A DNA stretch of 64,000 nt, taken from the NCBI GenBank assembly GCA_002269645.1, contig NIVC01002286.1:122820-186819 (forward strand), written 5' to 3'. The translations under genes were made by a program, and so were the position numbers. The notes beneath the pieces were generated by a model. The model did no database searches, had not been told where the DNA came from, and saw nothing but the letters and a program-made list of their open reading frames with translations. Source of the DNA: Macrostomum lignano. Lineage: Eukaryota. Every line of letters begins with the position of its first letter. The first letter of the stretch is position 1. Shown here in pieces: positions 33,384 through 44,024 of this stretch.

Positions 33384-33682
33384 CTGGGGATGACACTGTA
33401 GATTAATGTGAGTGTACATATAGAATTGGGGATAGACAATTTGGGATAGGGATTAATGGACATGGAATTAATGTACATATCCATTTTGAGATAGATAGGG
33501 ATTAATGTACATGGAATTAATATGAGCACATGGATTATTACGAGACGACTACATATTGCCATATATCACGCTTAGGATAGCGTTTTTGTATACTACTTAC
33601 TTCATTTTTCAGATAGTAGTATAATTTGCGTTTTTTGCGTCAAAACATCTGAAAATCAACAACAATCTGCGTCCTACGTAGT
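33384..33682 (-). repeat. Right terminal inverted repeat (299 bp core) of the pPolB element
   Basis: Reverse complement of 19837-20133. Confidence 0.95.
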
Positions 33683-33726
33683 GACTCCCGTTTTCAATGG
33701 CTTATTGAATGTCCAAAGTTGTAGTA

Positions 33727-33950
33727 CACCTTTTCACGTTCAATTTTGAACAAAGTCCAGTTCTAAAAAAACTAGCGGAAATTCAATTCAGACAATTCAG
33801 ACTGGGGCAACAAACCCCAGTTCAAAACATTCTGCTACGGAAGCGAGGTTTAGCCATAGACAAAATTGTCCCCAGTCGGAATTGTCTGAATTGAATTTCC
33901 GCTAGTTTTTTTAGAACTGGACTTTGTTCAAAATTGAACGTGAAAAGGTG
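33727..33950. mobile_element. 224-bp MITE with ~80-bp TIRs and TA TSD (Tc1/mariner-type signature)
   Basis: TA|CACCTTTTCACGTTCAATTTTGAACAAAGTCCAGTTC ... GAACTGGACTTTGTTCAAAATTGAACGTGAAAAGGTG|TA. Confidence 0.8.
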
Positions 33951-36409
33951 TAGTTTATGGCCAAAACGCCTCCCCTCAGTAGACTTTGCTAAATCCATGT
34001 CTAGGCCTGGCTTAGCTTGATCTGTCGCCTGGCCTTAACTTGTCTATGGCGTCCCGTTTTAATTTGATTGTCCGAACTCCCATTTGCATCTTCAAAAGCG
34101 CCCGATACATGCATACATGTAAGTTTATGTTCTCGGCCCCTGCATATGTTTTAATCCATATACATGCAGTCATCGCTATAACTGTTAATGTATAAATCAT
34201 ATCCTCTAGACTGCATGCATCAACAATTATTACAACAAAAAACAACAAAAGCAAAAAACAACAACAATTATTGAAATCCTTCCCATTCTCGTGTGGCCTT
34301 CAATCCGACCTGGATTGGGCATCGACATGAATTTACATGAGCTACTTACATATATACTACAACTTTGCTTCGTAGTATCCGAGTTTGCTAATTTAGCAAA
34401 TTTCTCTAATTGATATCACTTCGATAAACACTGACAAACCATTTTTAGTATAATATTCAGACCACGCAAAGTCAAGTTAAACGAAGGTTCCTATAGGTAG
34501 GTACATAGTTTTGATTTTTAGTATATTGGATATGGATTTTTCATAGTAGACTATTCGTACGATAGTTCCTCCATATACTATATTAGTAAAAATGTATTCA
34601 CTAAAACAAAAGTTATTACAATTCAATTACATGTAGTAATCCTTGAAGCCAAGCTTGTCTGAAGGTTAGTTTGTTAAACACTAAAGGTTAACTACAGTTT
34701 TCCAAAATAATGATTAATAATTGTAAAATCGTATGCCAAAAATTGTTGCTGAAAAATTGCTGGAGTTTTTTGTCTGGACAGGGGCAGAATATGGGAGCCA
34801 AATATATGCCAGAAATCTCATTAGTTAAAACGCTGAGTTTATTAGAATAATTGTTGTGATAAAATTTAAACGGTAAAACGCATGCAAGTTTAAATAAGCT
34901 ATAATTCAAGGCAATTGCATGGTTGGTCAGGTCAGTGAATAACTATACATAGCACACTGTCGAGTGTCAACAAGCGCGACCTAATTGACTAATTGCTTGG
35001 TAGTCTAAATTTTGAATTCGCTTTTTCCTGGATTTCTTGTTGCTACCCGATTGTATTAATATTATATTCGCATTGTTGCTTTATTAGACTAGGCAGCACC
35101 GCGGCAGTTGGCTTAGTGATATTGGATTTTCTTGTTCAGATGAATTATTTGCCTGTTAGAGTTAAAGCAGCAGCGTCTCTGCAATGTTTGAACTCCCTTA
35201 GCACCTTTTTAACTTCAATATTGTTATTAGTTTTATGCCTAGTAGCAAATTCATATGGTAAGTAACTAGCCCCAGGCTTATTAATTTATTTTCCTTTTTG
35301 ACTTTAGGCTTAACATAGTCTATGTCTATGCCTCATTTTTATAACTATCTTACACATGATTAGAGCAAACTGTTGGTATAAGCAATTTATTGGTATCGAA
35401 TATAGAACATCTAGAGAGGCAAAGGAGGCAACATGCCTATTTAACTGGGAGGGAGGATTGGCAAGTTGCTCAAGAAAGAGGCTATACATGCTTGGGAGAA
35501 AGGGAAGGGGCTGCATGCCTCTAACTAGGGCCTATACAACTGCTATTAGAGAAGAATGCCTTCAAATAAAGAACAGTGATAACTAAGCTATTTTTAGAAC
35601 AAATGTAAGCAAGCAAGCAATACAAGCATGTTGCTTCTGTACCATGTATTTTTGCTTGTATATATAATATTTTCTGGCTTAATAGCATAAGTATTTAAAC
35701 AAACTTTAGTATCAAAATGTTATCTAAAAATAGACAAATAATAATCAATTATACTATATTTTTCTAAAAAAACAATTCCAAAGCCTATACAAGTATAAGT
35801 TTTACAAAAAAATTGTATTCAAATTTACAAGTTTATAAGACAATGTAATAAGGCATAGAGATAGCTACTAAAAGAAGGTAAAGCATATATATTTTATAAA
35901 AAAATTACTACAAAAATTGCTAGGCCTATTGCTTCACTTGGCCTTCCTATACAAAAAATGACTAAATAAAATGAGAACAGATTAATAAATTGTTTTTGTA
36001 CTCAAATACAAATTTTAAACAAAATAAAACAAGAAACTATAAGAACTATAGCTAGCTAGGTAATTATAGCAATAACTTGATTACTTGATTAATGCCTTAT
36101 CAAGAATACTATCTTAATCATATAAAGCTGTTTTAGTAAGGTCATTTCTTTGGTTTGTCTTTTTGCTATAAAGGGTTGGATTGATCTTTTCTACGCTTGG
36201 CTTTAGCTTTGACTTTATCTAGCAAAATAGTACTGTGTTCATTTTTTTCATTGATTGTAGATTAGGACTCTTTATCCTCACATAGTCACTTAGTAACAAT
36301 GATTCTTACCTAGGTTATTCAGCATTTTTCTTAAAGTTGCCACTCAATATTGGCAATGGCTTGCTTGCTTGTTCTGTTTGAATTTGGCATCAAGCAGAGA
36401 GATAGGCTG

Positions 36410-39107
36410 ATGGCCCATTTGTTGTGGCTGTATCTATTAGCCATGCTTTGGTTAATGCAAGGTAAAATGTAATAGTTAATTGCACTGCTTTGTGAGTCAG
36501 GCTTGCCAAATTAGAAGTATTTATTTTTATATACCAAAAGTTCAAGAAGTCAATATCAGCTCATTGACTTTTACTGACTTATTTTGTGTACATAATATTT
36601 ACTCATTGCCAATGTATGTAGTGTCTAGTATGCATGCAGCATGTGCTTAGGCTAAAGTTGGAAATTTTTATTGCACTTTATTGTTAAGTGGCATGTGCTA
36701 TTGGTGGTTTCTCAATAATATTTTTAAAGGCTCATTCCATATAAGCATGGTCGTAACATGACAGGTTATTTTTACTTATAAAATGAAATCTAATAATAGA
36801 ATATACTAAACCAATATTTTAAATGAAAGATTATTTTGTCTAGAATATATTTATAGAGTTTCATATAGATATCATCATTAGTATAGATGCTATCAAACCT
36901 TAAATGACACTTATGGTCGTAACGACAGGATTTTTGACATATAGAAACTAAAAGGTAAAAGTCTTATAACATTTTTCATTTTTGATATTTTGCAATACAT
37001 TTTTAAAATTTGACTAAGAACATCTTTAGAAATCATACTCTTTTATTAGAATATATAAACTCAAAAGGCAACAAAGATACAAAAGAAAAGGCAGCCTTAT
37101 GGTCGTAACATTATGGTCGTAACATATTTTTTTCTGTCAATTCAGTAACTTTGAGGTACTAATACATTAAAAATATAATAGATTATTTGGTCACCAATGC
37201 TTTTATCTGATGATGCAAGTACTATACTTTTATCTATAGTTTGTTTCAACCTTCAAAAGCTTTCTATTTGTTTTTAAAAGGTACAAAATCTTAATGATGT
37301 CTTTTGCTTCGAAAAATGTCCAAATTTTTACAAAAATGACTTTTTGCCAATTGATAACATACTAATCCAACATTTTACCATTCCTTTATTCTTAGATTGT
37401 ATATATTGCACAATATAAACATTTGGTAAAAAAATAGGCTAATTAGGCAATGGCAAGCAAAAATATTGACTTTTTTCTATTTTCCAAATATGTCCATCTT
37501 ATATGGAATGAGCCTAAAGGCCAATTTGGCTATCACTTGGAGTCACATTTTCTTGTGCTCAGCCAAGCACTCTTTTATAATAAAGATTCCTTACTGCTAC
37601 AGCACAATATTTATGCCAATTAGGTGTTATTGGATTATTATCTAAAAATATAATATAAAAATACTATATATGGAATAATGTTATCAAGTCTCTCTGAACT
37701 TTGATTTTGGCCTTAACTTTGAAGTTAAGTACTTGATCAAATACTGTAGTAAACAGAAGTTTGTGCATAAGCATTGAAATTTTTAAAGTAAGGGGGGCAT
37801 CAATAGTACCCTAGCCCCCTCCCACTCTTTAGGAACTGTTAATATATTTTTCTCCAAATCCTATATACCAAAAATGAGTTGTTTGTAGTTATGCAAAATA
37901 GAATGCTAAAAATGTTATAATTTTTAATCCATATATAGTATTTCCTACTGGTGTTACTTATGACAGGTGGAGACTAAAATATGTATCATATAAGGTCAGA
38001 TCCAGGATCTGAGTTCCATTAGATCAGCAATTGATTGATTATAACAAATGAGCAATAATCATATGCATCAGAATCCAGGGGCATCAATGGTACTTGCCCC
38101 CCCCCACCCCCCTACTGCCTATGGTTTTGTGGCTTAATACCTCATTTCTAGCCATAAAGGAAAAATATTTAAAAGACAAATATATATTTTATAGTTGGAA
38201 TTTTGTGTAAACTGGCCAAATTGCAAAAGCAAGATCATGACCTTTAACTTTCTGTCCAACACAGGCAAAGTGGAGAGCAACATTATTGTGAAAACTTGGC
38301 AGGCCAGCGCCAGCGAACATATCTACTGCGAAGTCCTCGAGCCCCAGGCGGTGGCCTACTTTTATCGATTGTCGCCTGCCAAGGATTTTGGCACCCAGTT
38401 TGTGAGTCTATGCTTATAAATAAGCTTTTAATAAGCTGATTATGGGCTATAATAATAGAGTTTCATAAATCTGGCCTTACTTGAGAGCCAACCCCCCAAG
38501 GCACGAATACAGGCACTGTTCAGTGTACACCTGCTGTACACCCCGTGCCTGCCAGAGGTCAACAGAATAGGATAAATTGCAGCCCTCATGTCAACTGTGG
38601 TAGTAATCCAAGTGTGCATTGACTGAACCCGTTCTCAGAACTTCACATTCTACTCAGCCAAGCTGGTGTTCAGCCACCCGGCCCACGGATGCAGCCAGCT
38701 GAGTAACGCCTATCAAGTCGGCAGCCGCATTGTGGCCATCGAGCGGGGCGGCTGCAGCTTCATGACCAAGGTGCTGGTTGCGCAGGAGGCTGGCGCACTG
38801 GCCGTGATCGTCTACGACAACGATGCAGAGTCGGACGTGCACGTGTCCATGGTAGATGATGGCACCCATAGGGAAGTGGCACTTCCGGCCATGTTCATGT
38901 CCGGGAAGGATGGGTAAGTGTCTGGGTCACCACATCAGTGCCTCAAGAGTCAAGAATCCAGTCAGTAAGCTATCCTACTCCCGCAGACACACAATCAAGC
39001 ACACCCTGGAGTCGCTCGGATATGGCTACGCTCTGGTGAACTTGCCAATGAATTTGACTACCAATCAGATGTACATGATGAAGCAGGCGCCTTGGAATGT
39101 GTGGTAG
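36410..39107 (+). CDS. PRADC1: Protease-associated (PA) domain-containing protein 1-like, ~194 aa, 4 exons
   Basis: Exons 36410-36461 (signal-peptide-like MAHLLWLYLLAMLWLMQ), 38265-38401, 38639-38913, 38987-39107; phases are compatible. Motifs PAKDFG, IERGGCSFMTK, AGALAVIVYDN, SGKDG and C-terminal PWNVW match the PRADC1 family. Confidence 0.88.
36729..37514. mobile_element. Non-autonomous DNA transposon (786 bp) in PRADC1 intron 1
   Basis: TIR GGCTCATTCCATATAAG / CTTATATGGAATGAGCC flanked by TAAA on both sides; internal repeats of (T)ATGGTCGTAAC. Superfamily not assigned. Confidence 0.7.
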
Positions 39108-40068
39108 CGCTGGCACAAGCGTTCCTTATTGATTTTGTGCCAACCATCGATTAACCATTTTCTTCTGCCTGCACAAATTGTAAATGAGTTGGTTCTGTTC
39201 ATTGGAACAGTTTTAATTATAATTATTTTTCTTGCCTTTCCGACAACTTTTGTCTCTCTTTGATTTTTAAAGGCCCAAGGGTTTTTGGTGGTCTTCCTTG
39301 AGACGTTTTCAAATCATAGTCTAGTCCGTAGACTTGCTTGCTCACTCTGCTGTCACGAAAAATGGATTCGGTTAAATTGGACAATTTAACGATTGATTAC
39401 AACGGTTGCTAAAATGTTTGCCGTGATTCCTTTTGTCTAAGAGTATACAGTGTATATGTATCTGAACTCGTATCTTTATTTCCTGGTTTGTCTCACTCAA
39501 TTTTATCCCGCCATTATTTTTATTTTCTATCCGCAAATAAACAACTGAGTCACGGATGTCCAAATGAGAAGGATTAGCGAGTCGATTTAAGACACGCTAT
39601 AAGAGTGGCTTGGCAAAATGACGGCGGCACAGTGGCTTTGTTTTATTTGTAACTTTTTTTGAGTGCTAAGGAAGCATTTCATTTAATCAGAGACGTGCCA
39701 CACAAATGCAGCGGCGTGCGCGTGTAAAAACTGAATTATTAATGACTGAATGACTGCTGGCAATGGCACTAACTCTACAGTGCAAGCTCTACTTCCAAAA
39801 ATAAGACTAACGTGTTATCGATATCGATACCTTGTTATACTGTGCTGTTAGTTGACACTTTCGAAAAATTTCTAGGACGATTGCAGTTACCAGTTACCGC
39901 CGTATCTGTATTCTGTAGTAATCTCTTATGTACTGTACAGTCCCCTAGGGGGGGGGGGCAGTTAGCTAGTCTACATCCACTAAAACTGAAAATCCAAAAT
40001 CAACAGCACAAGCTAATGCCGACTAGCTGCATTCAATAAAAGAAAGTAAAGTTTTAATAGTTCGATCA

Positions 40069-43000
40069 TCAGAGTCTCAGTCTAGGCTTATTGAGAGCTG
40101 AATCGAACAGGCCCATGGATTCCAGCACAATATTTCGGAGATCGTGAGGCTTAGTGGGAAAGTACAAGTTCATGAATATGGTATTGACGTGGCCGCCGTT
40201 AACAACGCGACAGTGCATATCGGGCCAAAGCTCGGTGAGGGGAAACACGCCGTCCCTGGGAATGTATCCGTCGCCCAGGGCTTGCAGGCTGTAGATCGGG
40301 CCAACCGGGGGCTCGAAGTTGCCCATATGGGTGAAGTAGTCCAGCAGACAGGTCACGAACTCGCGCACATCTTTCTCTTCGGCAGTGTCTGGTTGGTGCC
40401 GCTGCTGCCGGTGCTTGTTCTCCATGGCGTTCATCATCTGGATGTCGTCTTGAGTAGGGGTCTGATCATCCCGACTGCGCTGTCCAGACGCGAACAGGCC
40501 CACGCCGTAGTCGGAGATGGAGGTGTACACCGACCGGAGGCGTTCCAGACTGCCCAGTGAGCGAATGGAATCCGTGAGCCAGGCCGGGTTGGGGTCCACC
40601 TGATGGCGGGCGGAGTAACGGCTCAGATTGGTTGAGACTAAATCGTTTCATTGGACCCCCCAAAACGAATCAAATCGACAAGATAAAATCAATCGATCAC
40701 AATAGTCAATGATCAGCTACCACCATGATCACCAGCTGCATTTTTTATCATAGCTACTTTTATGATTATGGTCATGGCTACTGTTATGATTATGGTCATA
40801 GCTACTGTTATGATAATGGTCATAGCTACTGTTATGATTATGGTCATAGCTACTGTTATGATTGTGGTCGTAGCTACTGTTATGATTATGGTCATAGCTA
40901 CTGTTATGATTATGGTCATAGCTACTGTTATGATTGTGGTCGTAGCTACTGTTATGATTATGGTCATAGCTACTGTTATGATTGTGGTCGTAGCTACTGT
41001 TATGATTATGGTCATAGCTACTGTTATGATTGTGGTCATAGCTACTGTTATGATTATGGTCATAGCTACTGTTATGATTATGGTCATAAGCTACGAGCTA
41101 AAGCTACAGTCATAGCCAGTCAAAGCGCCACAAACCCCATTGTCTCCCTTAGCAGCGGCCTGCAGCGGGTCGGCGAACGTGGCCGGCACCCGGTAGCGCG
41201 GCGGACAGCCCGAGTCGCGAATCAGCGGCCAGATCCTCTCGCGGAAGGCGGCGTCTCCGGCCAGCTGCTGACGGATCACCTCCCAGTCCAGCGAGTCGGA
41301 GAGGCTGCCGCGCACGTAGCACGGGCTGCTGGAGGTCCAGGACAGGCAGGGCACCAGCGGCAGAGGCCGATTGTAGACGCTGGCAGCCAGGGAGGCCATG
41401 AAGCCACCCAAGGAGACGCCGTGAAGGGCCAGCGGGCTGTAGCCGCGGTCCTCGAGCCAGCGCAGCAACAGCCAGCACTCCAGTATGAGCGAGCCGCCCA
41501 TTAGAAACAGGTCGGACAGGTGCGGCAATGATGAGTACTTCTGACTTGCTGGCCGGCGCGGCTTATAGAACGGATTGACAAGCAGCAGGGAGCCGACGCC
41601 AAGGTAGGCCAGCCGCTGGGCGTGCAGCTGCTGCAGGGTGACGCTGTAATCTCCGGTGCCGGCCAGGTGCAGCACCACCGGCGGCTGGCACGCCGGATCG
41701 CGCGATGCGGCGGTTCGCGGCAACCACATGGTGAAGCTGGGTGGGGGTGCGAAAGACGGGGAAATTGTTCGGATTGTCAATGACAACAGGGTAATGACCC
41801 CAATGACCAGGGACAACAGGGTAATGACCCCAATGACCAGGGACAACAGGGTAATGACCCCAATGACCAGGGACAACAGGGTAATGACCCAATGACCAGT
41901 GACAACAGATTAATGATCCTAATGGTTAAGGACAACATAGTAATGATCCTAATGGTTAAGGACAACAGGTTAATTTAATGACCTCAATGGTTAAGGACAA
42001 CAGGGTAATGACTCCAATGACCAGGGACAACAGGGTAATGGCCCCAATGACCAGGGACAACAGGGTAATGACCCCAATGGTCAAGGACAACAGGGTAATG
42101 ATTCCAATGACCAGGGACAACAGGTTAATGACCCCAATGACCAGGGACAACAGGATAATGACCCCAATGACCCCAATGACCAGGGACAACAGGATAATGA
42201 CCCCAATGACCCCAATGACCAGGGACAACAGATTAATTATCCTAATGGTTAAGGACAACAGAGTAATGACTCCAATGGTTAAGGACAACAGGATAATGAC
42301 CCCAATGGCCAAGGACAACAGGGTAATTATCCAATGGTCAAGAACAACAGGGTAATGACCCCAATGGTCAAGGACAACAGGATAATGACCCCAATGGTTG
42401 AGGACAACAGGGTAATGACCCATGCATGGCCAAGGACAACATGGTAATGACCCCAATGGCCAAGGACAACAGGGTAATGACCCCAATGGCCAAGGACATG
42501 GTAATGACCCCAATGGCCAAGGACAACAGGATAATGACCCCAATGGCCAAGGACAACAGGATAATGACCCCAATGGCCAAGGACAACAGGATAATGACCC
42601 CAATGGCCAAGGACAACAGGGTAATTATCCAATGGTCAAGAACAACAGGGTAATGACCCCAATGGTCAAGGACAACAGGATAATGACCCCAATGGTTGAG
42701 GACAACAGGATAATGACCCCAATGGCTAAGGACAACAGGATAATGACCCCAATGGCCAAGGACAACAGGGTAATGACCCCAATGGCCAAGGACATGGTAA
42801 TGACCCCAATGGCCAAGGACAACAGGATAATGACCCCAATGGCCAAGGACAACAGGATAATGACCCCAATGGCCAAGGACAACAGGATAATGACCCCAAT
42901 GGCCAAGGACAACAGGATAATGACCCCAATGGCCAAGGACAACAGGATAATGACCCCAATGGCTAAGGACAACAGGATAATGACCCCAATGGCTAAGGAC

Positions 43001-43514
43001 AACAGGATAATGACCCCAGTGGCCAAGGCTGAATCAAGGTGAATTTCCCGAACTCTATCTACTCACTGGGCAGTTCGAGTCTCCACTGGCATGCAGCCGG
43101 GCATCATCTCGTCAAAGGGCGACTGAAAGCTGCCCTCTAACACGTTGAGCTTCTTGTCGTCGCTGACGTATTTCTGCAGTTGGCGGCAAAGTGATTCATT
43201 TATAAGCAGCCAGAACTCTCAGAGTCGGCCCGCCCCGCACTCACCCTGTTAATCTGAATGGGGTGGTGCCGGCCGTATTTATCAAGCAGCGATTTTCTGA
43301 CAAAGTCCGGATCGCGAAAATATGGGAAATTGTTCACGAGGCTGAAACAGACAGACGGGACATTGTTCAAGGAAATTATTAAAAAAGAATATTCTAAAAG
43401 CAACTGGTTCAAAAAATTATATTACCGCTCCAACAGTTGCGGACTTCCCAGACCGTTAGAAAAAATTTTGGGCAGACGCGTCATTTTAATAACCTGCCGA
43501 TAAATCTTGTCCAT
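40069..43514 (-). CDS. ABHD18: Alpha/beta hydrolase ABHD18 (C4orf29/DUF2048)-like, ~474 aa, 5 exons
   Basis: Exons 43514-43426, 43341-43245, 43173-43067, 41736-41136 (donor tentative), 40599-40069. Motifs HLAGTGD, LLLVNPFY, SDLFLMGG, GVSLGG (nucleophile), LVPCLSW, DGYIPR, GGHV match the ABHD18 family. Confidence 0.88.
40757..41090. repeat. 24-bp minisatellite (TATGATTATGGTCATAGCTACTGT) in ABHD18 intron 4
   Basis: Direct reading. Confidence 0.9.
41779..43028. repeat. 30-bp minisatellite (GGACAACAGGATAATGACCCCAATGGCCAA) filling ABHD18 intron 3
   Basis: Direct reading. Confidence 0.93.
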
Positions 43515-44024
43515 TCTTTTCCCGGCCATTTCCCAATCGCCGGTGGCCGGAAGCGGCGGCGTTCTAATTGTTCTGCAATTTGGTGATTGAGTCGGCGAAT
43601 TACTCTACTGATAGTAGAAATTAGTGTTTTTTGTGCTAATTCTTTGTCCCAGACTGAAGTTGCAGCTACTAACAGTAGAAATGCAAGTAAACGACGCGCG
43701 AAATACGCTCTGAAGAGAGATTATTTAACTGAAAAGATTAGGCAGAAAGCTTGTAGATTAAGCGCCATCTGCACTGCTAATAAATGTATTTGAACTTTAA
43801 CCTGTTGAACAGGGCACCAAAAATGCAACAAAACAAAAACACAGCGGAAAAACTTTTGTGACGGATCAAAAAGGATCCAAAAATTGGGTCTACTCTTAAC
43901 TCTCTTAAAGACAAAACTGGAAACTGGAAACAATAAAGAAAACTCTTGAAACAGAACAACACGCCAGCACCAGAGACTGAATAGAATTAACAGTGTTGAG
44001 AAGATTCGATCTCTCAAGTCAGCG

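Larger units (their letters stand above)
19837..33682 (+). mobile_element. Polinton/Maverick-like DNA element with long TIRs, encoding only an intron-containing pPolB; carries a nested LINE
   Basis: TIRs 19837-20133 and 33384-33682 (5'-ACTACGTAGGACGCAGATTG...CAATCTGCGTCCTACGTAGT-3'), differing by about 2 substitutions and one 2-bp indel. Identical 6-bp flanks GACTCC at 19831-19836 and 33683-33688. Internal pPolB gene. Confidence 0.9.

Noticed and set aside
19836-33683. Classification as a CACTA/EnSpm transposon
   Set aside because: No TnpA/TnpD transposase is present, the 2-3-bp TSDs do not match, and a 6-bp TSD plus pPolB fits a Polinton-type origin better. The ambiguity is kept as a finding.
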